A stretch of 64,000 nucleotides of DNA from Myxococcales bacterium (GTDB lineage Bacteria; Myxococcota_A; Polyangia; Polyangiales; DASUME01), in contig JASGJH010000001.1 of NCBI GenBank assembly GCA_047601445.1, positions 160,001-224,000 of the forward strand, in the 5' to 3' direction. The stretch's first letter is position 1. Every line of letters begins with the position of its first letter. The notes under the pieces were generated by a model. It was not told the origin of the DNA. It did not search any database and saw nothing but the letters and a program-made list of their open reading frames with translations. This document shows, piece by piece, positions 9,360 through 19,989 of this stretch. Both the position numbers and the translations under genes were made by a program.

Positions 9360-10352
9360 CTAGTCTTTGTCATCGCTGGGGAGGCCGAGAATGTTCGCGT
9401 TCAAGCCCACCTCCTGTGTGGCGAGGAATTGAATACGGCGAACGTAGCTAGTCACGATCTTGACTGCCTGCTCCAAGTCGTCGGCCTGCGCGAGGACTTG
9501 CCCTGTGTTGACGCAGAGGGTTTCGCAAAGGACCAGTAGGTCAGACTTGATCGCGTCGTCGGACACCTGCACGTGTCCGTTGGACCACTCAACGAGCAGG
9601 TTGAAGATCGGGCGAAGCTTCGAGCCCTGCTGTAGGTATTGGTGCACCGAGGTTCGAATCTGGCTCGCCACTCTCGGGTCAACTTCAAAGCGGAGATAGC
9701 CCGGGGATGCAACGCCAGCTGCGATCAGTCGCCCTCTCGTAGCAGCAGATCCCTTCATCTTCTCAAACACGTGATGGAAGACCCAGCCTCCCTTCAGGTT
9801 GTAGTTTAGCCGCAGGTCTCGCACGGCACTCAAGTCGGCCTCGCTGCCGAACAGCGAGAGGAACGCGTGAGCTTGCAGGTACTTCCGGGGATACAACGAG
9901 AGCTGTTCTTGGTAGTCCCAGCTCTCGCCCACGTAGACATCCTGGATTGGCCCACCCGTGAAGACATCGCTGGCGGCGACAAAGTAGGACTTGGCGCTTG
10001 GCAGGTATGAGGGCGGAACGTCGGCCACGAGCCCATAGTAGGTGGCGAGCGCGTCCGCGTTCCCGTCCATGTCCACCAAGTATACGAATTGGTCTAGGCA
10101 TTTCTCGATAACCGTCCGCAGCGTCACCTTGCCGAGGAGATACGGCAAGAGCTGGGCTGGTGGTGTGCGCACGACCATCCAGCGGTTGGCTTCAGCCGAG
10201 GAATCACACCACTTGTAGAGATAGGTTTCGCCTTTCGACGATCGAAACTCCGATAGAAGCGGACCGTCAAACTCGTCTAGATCACGCACGTGGGTCAGGT
10301 CCACCGGGAGGTGGGTGATCCGCGTGAACCGTTGAGGGGGGAGGGCGTTCAT
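9360..10352 (-). CDS. DUF6575-like domain protein
   Basis: 330 aa; N-terminal FDGPLLSEF...YLYKWCD....NRWMVVR...L..YL.GK.TLR pattern. Confidence 0.65.
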   Translation of the reverse strand: MNALPPQRFTRITHLPVDLTHVRDLDEFDGPLLSEFRSSKGETYLYKWCDSSAEANRWMVVRTPPAQLLPYLLGKVTLRTVIEKCLDQFVYLVDMDGNADALATYYGLVADVPPSYLPSAKSYFVAASDVFTGGPIQDVYVGESWDYQEQLSLYPRKYLQAHAFLSLFGSEADLSAVRDLRLNYNLKGGWVFHHVFEKMKGSAATRGRLIAAGVASPGYLRFEVDPRVASQIRTSVHQYLQQGSKLRPIFNLLVEWSNGHVQVSDDAIKSDLLVLCETLCVNTGQVLAQADDLEQAVKIVTSYVRRIQFLATQEVGLNANILGLPSDDKD

Positions 10353-10808
10353 AGCGGGTTACCGACGATCGTACTGACCGTCTCTAGGGCCGCACCGTGG
10401 CATTCGTGAAGGTCAAAGTGGCCGTTCTTGTCGGCCAGGCATTGGAGGCCGTGCGACGCGACTAAATTGACCTCGGCCAGATGGGTCCACTTCGGGGATT
10501 CCGTCCGGGTGCCTGAGGATGTTCGGGTAGTCCGCCACGAGCTGGCCGTAGCGCTTCCTGGCAGCCATTTCGCTCACGAACATGGATAGGCCATAAGCCG
10601 AACAGCTTGGCGTCCTGGGACGGTTGGCCCGTAGGGGGGGCTCCTTGATGACTGGGAGGAAGGACGCCGGGGTCAACGGGTTCCGGACGAAACGGTACGC
10701 CTTCCGGCTCATGGGCTTGGCGTCGGCGGGTGGGCAGCTCGGGAACTGGGCGATTTCCGAAGCGTACTTTAGAGGTCCAGGCACACCTTCCGCTCTATTC
10801 TGGGTCAT
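10349..10808 (-). CDS. Small hypothetical protein (CPPxDA..YRxV..C..GLSxF..GHFxLHE), split by a 1-nt insertion at G-run 10494-10497
   Basis: Deleting one base joins ...YPNILRHPDGI to PKWTHLAEVNLVASHGLQCLADKNGHFDLHE...NPL*, whose stop overlaps the ATG of the DUF6575-like gene (ATGA). Confidence 0.6.
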
Positions 10809-10824
10809 TTCCTGGCGACCCAGA

Positions 10825-11280
10825 TTAGGTGTGGTTGTCTTTCTTGTCTAGAACGCAGCTCTTGACCCGCCAGTCCGACACCGAAACCGCCCGCCGTCGA
10901 TCGTCGAGGCTCACGTGCGTGTACATCGTGGTCATCTTGATCCGGGCGTGACCGGCCAGTTTCTGGATCTGGGGGAGGGGAACACCCTTCGCTACGGGTT
11001 GTCGGACGTAGCTGTGCCGCAGCTTGTGCCACCCACATCGCTCGACCCCAGCAGTTTCGCAGGGCCGCCACAGAGGCCATTTGCATCCGTTCTTCGTGAG
11101 CAGGAGGCCCCCATCATCGCCGAAAACTTAGGCATCGGGGGCGGCCTTTGGCGATAGAGGCCCTCAAGGGGAGCTTGGTACCACGCGAATGCGATTGCTC
11201 TTCGTGTGGCCCTGATGACTTTCGCCCTTGGCGTCCCACACCGCTCTTGCTCACCGTGACCTGGTGAGTGCGCACCGGGC
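10825..11280 (-). pseudogene. Relic of a second tyrosine integrase (catalytic C-terminus)
   Basis: Manual translation TKSNRIRVVP...LTKNGCKWPLWRPCETAGVERCGWHKLRHSY...KGVPLPQIQKLAGHARIKMTTMYTHV, with in-frame stops upstream. Confidence 0.85.
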
Positions 11281-11523
11281 TGTTTGTCCGCGATGACGAA
11301 GGGAGCGATCGCCAGGTACGTGCCGCTAACCTTCCAACGCTGCGCCTGTTCGATGAAGTAAACACAAATAAGTTCAATTGGTTACGGCCGGCGAGGCGGG
11401 GGGCGGATCGGGGTGAAAACTGCCGAGGGCTGAGCTTTTTCCGCCTCCCTTGCGTCTGGCTTCGTAGAGTCCCGTCAGCCCAATCGGGGGGGCCGCCTGC
11501 CGACTGCAGGGAGGACACAGGTC

Positions 11524-13698
11524 ATGTCGAACGTGTTGCATTCAGTGGGCCAGAAGCTCAACGAGCCGCAGCTCACCAACGATCAGGCTTCGGCTGCCAG
11601 TCACCTGGTCTCTCTCGTGGAACCGGGCGCGTACGTAGGTGACGTGTTCTCGCTGAGCTACGAGCACGCGTTGGTACAGATACACGATCACTACAGGCAA
11701 CGAGTCGGAGGCATCCCCGCTCTTTCCTTTCTGATCGCGACGCGCATCGGCCCGCAGCAGAAGACGGATGTTCGCGAGGAGGACTCTTCGATCGTGCTGC
11801 TGCGAGCACTCGATCACTGCGACCTCCCGAACGCGGCCGAAGCTCTCCGTGTTCGCGTCGAAAATGCGCAACGCGTAAGCGGCGAGACGGAGAAGCACTG
11901 GGACGATCGCAGTGTCATGGATCCCATGACTCATAACCTGCTGAGCTACGCCGGCGTACGTTGCCGAGTCGTGGGGACCTTCTATGTCGAGGCGACCGGC
12001 GCCGATGGTGAATCGAAGTACGCGCTCAAATTTGGGTCGGACCTGTCGAACTACTATCCGAATAGAGGCCTGAAAGTCTACAAGCCTCGCGGGGCTGTGC
12101 TGGCGAAGCTCGTCAACTATCGTGACCCGCACGCCTTGAACGCACACGCCAACAACGTTTTCGTCGGCAAGGTTCGCTATGCATCTACGAATCGGTCATT
12201 TCAGCAGATCGGCAACGTAGGATTCGCCATCACGCCGACGGACCTGCTGGGACAGAAAACTGCACTCTTTGGAATGACGCGTTCCGGAAAGTCGAACACG
12301 ACAAAGATCGTGCTCAAGTCGATTTTCGAGCTTCGGTGGCAGGACTCGCCGAAGCGAATCGGCCAGATCGTGTTTGACCCGAATGGCGAGTACGCAAACG
12401 AGAACACGCAGGACGCGCACTCGGGGCAGAACCCGACCGCGCTCAAGAATGTGTGGGCGTGCGCGCCAGACGCTCAGCGCGACGTTACGAGAGCGGACGT
12501 GGTCACGTATGGGATTACGCGACATCCAAACGATCCCGGGCGGAAGCTGATGCTGCTCAACTTCTTAGTAGAGCGCAACTTGATAATCGGCAAAGAGATC
12601 ATCGACGCAGCTCTTGCTGATGACACCACCAAGTACGTGACCAACTTCAGAAGTGTCTCGATGGAGAAGCCGGAGGGCGATCCGTTTTCTGGCGACATGC
12701 GGCGATGGCAACGCCGGGTGCTCTTCTATCGAGCTCTGCTTATTCAGGCGGGTTTCGCGGCGCCGGCCAACCTCAAGCCGGACACTGCAAAGCTCTTCAA
12801 CAAGGATCTCTTGCAAGCGCTGGCTTCCCGTCCCGAGGATGACGAGGCCGAGGGTGCCGAACGAAAAGGCCGACGAGCGAAGGCTGCGGCGACCGATCCG
12901 GACTATGCGGTGTGCGCCACCATCTTGCAGAAGGAGAAGCCCGGATGGGGAGAGATCGCGCAAGCCGCGAGGATTCTCTATAGAGCCATCGTCTCTCGCG
13001 ATTCTCCCTTTGCAGCGTTCGACCAAAAGTATGTGCAGGAGCACGAAGGGTCTTGGGCTGACGATCCACTTCGCGCAATCTTGGGCATGTTCGATCAGCC
13101 GAACGGCTCGCGCATGGTGGGCCGCATTCGAGAGCAGCACACGTCGGACACAGCCACCGACTATGCCGACGACATTTACTCAGACTTGAGGGCAGGAAGG
13201 CTCGTCATCGTTGACCAATCCAGCGGAAATCCGGAGCTAAACAAGTCCTCCGCTGACCGCGTGATGAGGCGGATCTTCGAGCGAAACCAGAGCGACTTTC
13301 GCCGAGGCGAGAGTCCTCCTGACATGCTCGTGTATGTCGAGGAAGCTCACAACATTCTCCCGTCAGCAAAGGAGGACGATTTTCAAGATATCTGGGTTCG
13401 CACTGCCAAAGAGGGAGCGAAGTACCGCATTGGATTGGTGTACGCCACCCAAGAGGTCAGCACCATTCAGCGCAACATTCTGCGTAACACCGCCAATTGG
13501 TTCATCGGCCACTTGAACAATACAGACGAGACGAGAGAGCTCAACAAGTTCTACGACTTTGCCGACTTCGAGGGCAGCATTCTACGCGCACAGGACAAGG
13601 GCTTTGTTCGCGTGAAGACGTTGTCCAATCCGTACGTTGTCCCTGTGCAGGTTGAGCTGTTCTCTATCGACCCTGCTGGTAGTCACAATGCCGTATGA
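11524..13698 (+). CDS. HerA/FtsK-superfamily ATPase (DUF87-like)
   Basis: HAS-barrel-like N-terminus, Walker [17 protein letters not shown], Walker B VYVEEAH, KEGAKY, ATQ. Confidence 0.88.
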   Translation: MSNVLHSVGQKLNEPQLTNDQASAASHLVSLVEPGAYVGDVFSLSYEHALVQIHDHYRQRVGGIPALSFLIATRIGPQQKTDVREEDSSIVLLRALDHCDLPNAAEALRVRVENAQRVSGETEKHWDDRSVMDPMTHNLLSYAGVRCRVVGTFYVEATGADGESKYALKFGSDLSNYYPNRGLKVYKPRGAVLAKLVNYRDPHALNAHANNVFVGKVRYASTNRSFQQIGNVGFAITPTDLLGQKTALFGMTRSGKSNTTKIVLKSIFELRWQDSPKRIGQIVFDPNGEYANENTQDAHSGQNPTALKNVWACAPDAQRDVTRADVVTYGITRHPNDPGRKLMLLNFLVERNLIIGKEIIDAALADDTTKYVTNFRSVSMEKPEGDPFSGDMRRWQRRVLFYRALLIQAGFAAPANLKPDTAKLFNKDLLQALASRPEDDEAEGAERKGRRAKAAATDPDYAVCATILQKEKPGWGEIAQAARILYRAIVSRDSPFAAFDQKYVQEHEGSWADDPLRAILGMFDQPNGSRMVGRIREQHTSDTATDYADDIYSDLRAGRLVIVDQSSGNPELNKSSADRVMRRIFERNQSDFRRGESPPDMLVYVEEAHNILPSAKEDDFQDIWVRTAKEGAKYRIGLVYATQEVSTIQRNILRNTANWFIGHLNNTDETRELNKFYDFADFEGSILRAQDKGFVRVKTLSNPYVVPVQVELFSIDPAGSHNAV

Positions 13699-15043
13699 GG
13701 GCGAATTTGCGGGGTATCGGGCACTTCAACGCATTGCCGAGACGGAGCGTGTCAAGAATCTCGTGCGCAATGCCCGTGTCCAGGCCGCCGCCGTTGGGCC
13801 TCGGGTAGTTCCGGTCCTTGCGCCGAGCCCACCGTCTGCATTGCCTGACTTCGTCTTTGCGATCGACGGCAGTCTCGCAGAGATTGATGTCCGCAATGGA
13901 TTCCCAGGCGCAAAAGTCGGCTACTGCACCGTAGCCAGTGTGCTGCTTGACCTCCATCGGATGGAGGAGTTGGACGAGAACCGCCCAGCAGACCCTCGCG
14001 AATTTCGGAAGACCGAAGAGGCATCGAGCATTGATGCCGCACTGCCAGGCAGCAATGTAGTGACTCGGACCAATACGTCGGCCGCGGAGTCGTTCCGGCA
14101 AGCGCTTTACGAGAGCCTTCACGACGGCGTGGTAGACGAGCAGGAAGGTTCGCCAATCCTCGAGACCTATGAGGCGCTGCTCGCACTCAAGCCAGACAAC
14201 AGGAACGGTCAGCGGTGTCCTTATGACGATGAGTACGCCTGCGACGGCCGCCTTGAGCGTCTCGAGAAGGGGCTTACCTCTTGCGCCTGTGATCGACGGA
14301 AGGCAATCTACTCGACTGACGCTTTGCGCATCCACGAAGGGTTTCGATCGCTAGGCTCGAACCTCGAGGCCTACGGGGAAGTAATGCAGGTCTGGGAGCG
14401 CGTTCTCTTGGTGCACCTGCTTCGTTGTTTCGAACGGCGCAACTGGCTCGACCGAGTTGGGCGCTTGGCATTCATGCTGGATGGCCCGTTGGCTGTCTTT
14501 GGTCATCCCGCATGGTTGAGTGCTGCCATTACGAAGGAACTTCAGCGGATCAACGTCAAGGTTCGGCAGCTCACCGGCAATGATCTGCTGATTCTTGGCG
14601 TCGAGAAGACTGGAGAGTTCGTCAGTCATTTCGATCACATCGATCAGACGGAGCAACCCGGTGAGGAGTACTTTCCGCGTCGCGGGTATCAGCTTCTTAC
14701 GGACAAGTACATCAAAGAGCGAGTCAAGTTCTCGGATAGCGACAAGCGCTATGGCGCCGACACGTACTTCGGCCGGAAGCTCTTCTACAAGACGTCGAAG
14801 GGCGGGCGAATCGTCGCGACGATTCCTTTTCTGACCGCAGAGCAGGACACAATCCAGTCCGACGACATCTCCCTTTATCCGCAGTTCTCCGCGGTCTGCG
14901 CACTACTCGACAAGTTGGTGTCGTCACGCTTCCAGAACGCGTTGACACCGCTGGTTGCCGCGAACGCGCAGGCGGCGATCCCGCTGGAGTTGGGAGCCAA
15001 AGTATTGCAGCAGCTTGCAAGGGCGCTAATGAAGGAACGATGA
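13688..15043 (+). CDS. NurA-like nuclease (RNase H/PIWI-like fold) with Cys-rich insert
   Basis: FAIDGS and LDGPL acidic motifs, GVEKTG, CPYxxxxxC...CxC insert; overlaps HerA stop by 11 nt. Confidence 0.8.
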   Translation: MPYEGEFAGYRALQRIAETERVKNLVRNARVQAAAVGPRVVPVLAPSPPSALPDFVFAIDGSLAEIDVRNGFPGAKVGYCTVASVLLDLHRMEELDENRPADPREFRKTEEASSIDAALPGSNVVTRTNTSAAESFRQALYESLHDGVVDEQEGSPILETYEALLALKPDNRNGQRCPYDDEYACDGRLERLEKGLTSCACDRRKAIYSTDALRIHEGFRSLGSNLEAYGEVMQVWERVLLVHLLRCFERRNWLDRVGRLAFMLDGPLAVFGHPAWLSAAITKELQRINVKVRQLTGNDLLILGVEKTGEFVSHFDHIDQTEQPGEEYFPRRGYQLLTDKYIKERVKFSDSDKRYGADTYFGRKLFYKTSKGGRIVATIPFLTAEQDTIQSDDISLYPQFSAVCALLDKLVSSRFQNALTPLVAANAQAAIPLELGAKVLQQLARALMKER

Positions 15044-16160
15044 GTCGCGGCACGGAAGCAAGAGACTACGAGACCGCCGAGCGTCGGTGGGAGGGAGTTG
15101 GGCCGTACTACGCGATGTTCCCAACTGCATTCTCCGATGCTGTGGTACGCGACTACACGAGCCGAGGCGATGTCGTCCTTGATCCCTTTGCGGGGCGCGG
15201 AACTTCGCTCTTCAGCGCAGCTGCCCAGGGGCGGCGGGCTGTCGGTATCGAACTGAACCCCGTGGGCTGGGTCTATGCATCCGCCAAGTTGGCGCCCTCT
15301 GAGCGCCAGCGCGTGGAGGACAGAATTTGTGAGATCGAATCGCTCGCTCCCGGATTCGCTCAAGACGCGGTCGCTCTGCCGACCTTTTTCGGCACTGCTT
15401 CACGCTGCGCGTGAGGCAGTATCTCTGTGCTGCTCGCGGCACCTTGTCATGGCGCTCGAACGAGGTGGACCGGACCTTAATGGCGATCTTGCTCGTACAC
15501 ATGCATGGCAAGAGGGATGCGTCTCTCTCAAACCAGATGCGTCAGGCAAAATCCATGGCTCCCGACTACGCAGTTCGGTGGTGGAAGGAGCGGCACATGA
15601 GACCGCCGGATGTCGATCCGGTTAGCTTTCTCCTCAAGCGGGTTGCATGGAGGTATGCACGGGGGGTGCCTGCGCTCGCGCCCTCGCAGGTGATTCTCGG
15701 CGACAGCACACAGGCGCTGGACGAGATCCGTGAACGGATTCGAGCGAGAGGTTTGCGACGCGCAACGTTGCTTTTTACCTCCCCGCCCTACTGCGGCATT
15801 ACCAACTACCACTACGATCAATGGTTGAGGCTGTGGATGTTGGGAGGAGCGCCCAGTGCTCGCCGTCCCCCGGGCGCTGGAGAGTACCGAGACAAGTTCG
15901 AGAACGTAGATAAGTACAGGACCCTGCTTAGGACCGTGTTCTGCTCAGCCGCAGAGAGCGTGAAAAAGTCAGGCACCGTCTATCTCCGAACAGGTCGACA
16001 AGAAGAGACGTTGTCGGCGACCCTCGACGCGTTGCGCGAAGCTTTTCCCAAGAAGAGGGTACGAATGACGCGTCGCCCGTTCCTGCGACCCACACAGACC
16101 AAGCTATTCGGAGACAAGTCTCAGAAACAGGGCGAGGTGGACCTCGTGATCGGGCTTTGA
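15040..16160 (+). CDS. Amino (N4-C/N6-A) DNA methyltransferase, split by a 1-nt deletion at T-run 15385-15389
   Basis: PYYAMFP and motif I DPFAGRGT in first part; motif IV TSPPY in second part; one added base reads LPTFFRHCFTLRVRQYL; ATGA overlap with NurA. Confidence 0.85.
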
Positions 16161-16258
16161 TCGCGACGCCAGGGACGACTGAGCGACCGGCTCACAAGGA
16201 GGAACCAGCGAGGTGCGCGTTCTCCAGTCATCGCACCGACGCGACTGGGCCGTCGCGA

Positions 16259-16780
16259 TCAAGGCACTTCGCGCATGACCGTGAGGCGCCACTTGCAGTC
16301 GTCGTGGACCGGGCCTCCGTGCGTCTCGGACATCATGAACGGTCCTTCCGTAACCGCGCGACCCGCGACAATTCCAGCACCGGTCTCCCACGCCCCGCGC
16401 AGACTGAGATCCAACGTCTGGACTCGTTCCGTGCCTGTGAGGACGGGATAGGTCGCTCCCGCCGGCGAGATCTCAATGGGCGTCACGGTCACGTTGTTCT
16501 CGAAGTTGGAGGCCGGGACCCTCACGATGGACCAGGTCATCCCCGTAGCGTCGAGTTTCGGGCAAGCGGGCCCTGAGGCAACGCGCAGCACGTGGTAGCG
16601 CTCGCCAGCGGGCGCTTCCGCGTCGGGCTCCGTGGTGACCTCAGCGTCCAAGTTCTGGCCGGAGTCGACAAGACCCGCATCATCTTCCGGCGCGTAGCCG
16701 GCATCGGGACCGAGGTTGTAGATGTTGGTGGTGTCGCCGCAGGCGGCGGCGAGCAAGAGGAGTACGGCCCAGCGGTTCAT
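16259..16780 (-). CDS. Hypothetical lipoprotein
   Basis: MNRWAVLLLLAAAC lipobox-like signal, 173 aa. Confidence 0.65.
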   Translation of the reverse strand: MNRWAVLLLLAAACGDTTNIYNLGPDAGYAPEDDAGLVDSGQNLDAEVTTEPDAEAPAGERYHVLRVASGPACPKLDATGMTWSIVRVPASNFENNVTVTPIEISPAGATYPVLTGTERVQTLDLSLRGAWETGAGIVAGRAVTEGPFMMSETHGGPVHDDCKWRLTVMREVP

Positions 16781-16911
16781 GTGTGATCTCCAGAGGCAGC
16801 CCACGGTACTTCGCAACATTTGGCCTCAACGCGGCATGAACAGTCTAGTCCAAGTAGACTTTCTTCCATGGTCCATGTCCTGGGAGGCCAAGATGGGTTT
16901 CCCTTCGGCCA

Positions 16912-17298
16912 ATGGCAGGCGACATTGAGCGTGTCTATGGGGAGATCGGGGAGCGTGTGGCAAAGCTCCGCGACGAGCGAGGGTTCACTCAGGAGCAGCT
17001 CGCCGAGAGGGCCGGAATTAGTGCCAATCATCTCGCCAAGGTTGAGCGAGCCTTTAAGCGATCCACCGTCGCGACGCTTGCCCAGGTGGCGAAGGCCCTC
17101 GGAGTGCCGCTCGCGGCCCTGGTCTCCGAGGAGGGGAAGGAGGGGGCCTCGGTCCCTGGGCTTGTCGAGGTGCTCACGACGCTTCCCAAGGACGACCAGC
17201 GCGCCATCCTGCGGCTTGCCGAGCATTTCGTGAAGGTTCGGTCGTCGAGCGCCTCGCCCGAGGGCAGCAAACGTCACCGAGCGCATTCTCGACGTTAG
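16912..17298 (+). CDS. XRE/Cro-CI family HTH repressor
   Basis: IGERVAKLRDERGFTQEQLAERAGISANHLAKVERA. Confidence 0.9.
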   Translation: MAGDIERVYGEIGERVAKLRDERGFTQEQLAERAGISANHLAKVERAFKRSTVATLAQVAKALGVPLAALVSEEGKEGASVPGLVEVLTTLPKDDQRAILRLAEHFVKVRSSSASPEGSKRHRAHSRR

Positions 17299-17319
17299 TG
17301 GAAACTCGGCCCGACGCGG

Positions 17320-17367
17320 GCTCGCGGACCCACGGACTACCCCTTTAGGGGTCCGTTGGGTCCGAGC
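17320..17367. repeat. Imperfect palindrome centred on CCCCTTTAGGGG
   Basis: cggaccca/tgggtccg, cggac/gtccg, cccct/agggg arms. Confidence 0.75.
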
Positions 17368-17429
17368 GTTTGCGGATGCCTAGAGACGACCTGCGTTGAA
17401 GGCGAGCCTCTTGTTCGGTCCTGGATCGC

Positions 17430-17768
17430 GTGGCTATCGTGCACCCTATGACGCTTGACCAGGAGAAACTCTTCGCCGAACTAGCGGTTCATGCTGCTGA
17501 AGCAGAAGATCATCGAGTGCTGGCGGCACAGGCAGAGTTCTGCACCTGGAGCATCGTTGATCGACTGCGTGCTGCTGGAGTCCCCTGGCGTCCTATTCTG
17601 TTCTGCTTGGGCCGTGCTCGCGGACGGACACCGAGCGAAGCCCGCGAGCTTGCACAGAGTGCTCGCAAGCGTTTGCATGACTTCCGCACGGCACTGCTCC
17701 CCAAAAAAACTGTGTCCTTTGGTCCGTCGACCATTCGCAGGCGTGTGGTGACCGAAGAAATCGAATAG
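17430..17768 (+). CDS. Hypothetical protein
   Basis: 112-aa ORF co-oriented with element regulatory genes. Confidence 0.45.
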   Translation: MAIVHPMTLDQEKLFAELAVHAAEAEDHRVLAAQAEFCTWSIVDRLRAAGVPWRPILFCLGRARGRTPSEARELAQSARKRLHDFRTALLPKKTVSFGPSTIRRRVVTEEIE

Positions 17769-17862
17769 CTGTAGTCGCTCGGTTACCCGGCGAAACAGGT
17801 TTGAGTTGTAGGTGCGTGGCGTGCGCGGACCAAAGGACACAAGGTGTTGTTCGGAGGTTTCC

Positions 17863-18126
17863 ATGAATGACGAGAGCCAGCGCAATCCAAATGATGAGTC
17901 CCGCCGCGTCGTGAGGCGAGTGACAACCGAGGAGTATTACTTCGACGATGTCGGTCCGAGCGACACCGTCACCCCACGTCGCGCCCCGCCACGTCCCGTG
18001 GAAGCGCGTGGCGAACCGAGTTCTGAGCGCGGCGATACGCGCACTCGTGTGCAGACCGGGCTGGGCGCCTGCGAAGACGATGACCCGCCTGCCCATTGTC
18101 CACCGCGAGCCGCTCGACGTCGCTGA
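17863..18126 (+). CDS. Hypothetical protein
   Basis: GGAGG RBS before ATG 17863; 3' end uncertain. Confidence 0.4.
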   Translation: MNDESQRNPNDESRRVVRRVTTEEYYFDDVGPSDTVTPRRAPPRPVEARGEPSSERGDTRTRVQTGLGACEDDDPPAHCPPRAARRR

Positions 18127-18241
18127 AGGCACCAATGGGCGCCGCGACCGGAAATCCAGTAGGTTGCCGTCGCCCTTGGGTATTGCCCCCTGGCTCGCCA
18201 CGGGGGCGCCCATCTCCAGTGCCCGTGCGTGAGGTGCCACG

Positions 18242-18926
18242 ATGTCCACTTCTGAAGCGCGACTTCGCCAGCATGGCCTTGGCCATGGAGGATTGGCTCC
18301 GAAAGCGTGGCCAGGTCGTCGCACGGCTGCCCGCGTACTCGGAATCAGCACGCGTACCCTGCGCCGCCGTGAGACGGATGGAATCATTCGCGCCCATCTA
18401 GATGCCGATGGGCATCACCGGTTCGACCCAGAGGAGTTGAAGGAGTTCTCAGAAACCCACCGGGAATCGGGTTCGGGCGTGGCTGCCGACGATGGTGATG
18501 GCCAACCGCGAGGCAACCCAGTAGCGAATGTGGGCCGCCTTGCGGCGTCCATCTTCGCGCAGCTCAACGCGGGGGACGCGCCGCGAGACGTGGTCGTGGC
18601 GCTCGGCATTGAGCCTGAGGTGGTCAGGCAGTACCACGCGCAATGGGTTTCCCTGGGCGCGGATCTCGTAGTTCCACCGGGGTGCCGCAAGGCATTGGAG
18701 CTCCTGCTGGGGGCACGCTTCACATGCCCGGAAGGACTTCTTGCGCTCGTTCAGACCCTCGCTGACGAGGCCGCGCAGTTTCGTCGCTTCAGGTATCGCT
18801 GCGGGGGTTGCGGGACCGAGCTGCAGGCGACTCCAGAATCTGGAGTGGCGCTCCCTCGCGGTAGGCGGTGCGCTCACCGACTGGCAATGCGGGGCCTGCG
18901 CCGACATGGCTTCCTCGAGTTCTTAG
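18242..18926 (+). CDS. MerR-type HTH protein with C-terminal Zn ribbon, frameshifted near 18837
   Basis: AARVLGISTRTLRRRETDG HTH; CGGC in frame, second CGAC pair recovered by removing one base. Confidence 0.6.
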
Positions 18927-19713
18927 GCGTCCACGACCACGCCATCTCGAACGCGTGCGGCCAAGGAGGGCTCGGGCGTGAGAGCTGGGTCCGGAAGACA
19001 TAATTGGAAAGCTCTTGCCGGGTCGGCAATGGCGCCGAGTCGAACGCGGCCCTCAATTCTTCCGCGGACGTCTCCAAAGTTGGCCGCAGGGGGCTTTTGT
19101 CCGTTATGAACGAGGACACCGCGAACGCAAGCCATGCTGCCTCGCGCGGATACTGCGATCGCTGTGACGGTTCGAACAGCCGTGCGTTTCGCCGCGCTTC
19201 CTTGATGTGCTTCTTCCACGTGTCCCGTCGTTGATGTTCCTTCTTGCCCGAGAAGACGAACCACGGCGCGTATTCGGAAACAAGTCTCAAGTCGCGCGCC
19301 AGCACAAATAGGTCCTCCGAGTCGGGCTCCTGATAGTTGTGCGCACGAGACAAGAAGAGGAGGCTGGTTAGGAAAACCTTGAGCGGCATGATGCCCCGTC
19401 GGCTGCCTTGGACCAGCTTCAGGGAGAGACCTGCCCCCGCCAGCAAGTCGACCGTGCGGTGCTTCACGGCCCTAGCGGTAGGCTGCTTGTCCCCGAACGC
19501 GGCGGTTTCCAGTTCGGCGAGGCCGTTCAGCAGGAAGCTGCCCTTTCCTCCGAACGGGTAGGGCATCGCCCTCAGTTCGTTGAGGTCGTCCGCGAAAGGG
19601 CGACGGTTGAGGGCGTCCTGTACGATCTTGTTGAGGGTTGCGTAGCTTTGCTCGGCGACGGCTGCGTCGAATGAGAAGCGGATGAACGGATCGTCTCGTG
19701 CTTTCAACGACAT
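18874..19713 (-). CDS. Hypothetical protein
   Basis: 279-aa protein-like ORF divergent from the replication operon. Confidence 0.55.
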   Translation of the reverse strand: MSLKARDDPFIRFSFDAAVAEQSYATLNKIVQDALNRRPFADDLNELRAMPYPFGGKGSFLLNGLAELETAAFGDKQPTARAVKHRTVDLLAGAGLSLKLVQGSRRGIMPLKVFLTSLLFLSRAHNYQEPDSEDLFVLARDLRLVSEYAPWFVFSGKKEHQRRDTWKKHIKEARRNARLFEPSQRSQYPREAAWLAFAVSSFITDKSPLRPTLETSAEELRAAFDSAPLPTRQELSNYVFRTQLSRPSPPWPHAFEMAWSWTPKNSRKPCRRRPRIASR

Positions 19714-19755
19714 AGATGATGCGCAACTGAGCGAGATGATTGCACGGCGGCGGCC

Positions 19756-19971
19756 ATGCACATTCGGGATGAGGCAATCATGGCCATTCTCGAACATCGC
19801 CGGTTCATAGCGGCAACACGGATAGCACACGTGCTGGGGGTGTCGCCCCGCACGGCTCGCCTTTGGGCCCGAGCCGGCAAGCTTCCTACAGTGCGTATCG
19901 GGGGACGGCGCCTTGTCGACCTCGAACGTCTCGAGGCTCTGATCGCCGCCCAGCGTCGCGATGCCCCCTAA
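19756..19971 (+). CDS. Excisionase-like HTH_17 protein
   Basis: IAHVLGVSPRTARLWARAGKLPTVRIGGRRLV. Confidence 0.8.
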   Translation: MHIRDEAIMAILEHRRFIAATRIAHVLGVSPRTARLWARAGKLPTVRIGGRRLVDLERLEALIAAQRRDAP

Positions 19972-19989
19972 AAGTTTGAGAGACCGTGC

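Noticed and set aside
15381..15392. Programmed -1 ribosomal frameshift in the MTase
   Set aside because: C TTT TTC is not a canonical X XXY YYZ heptamer and I saw no clear stimulatory structure
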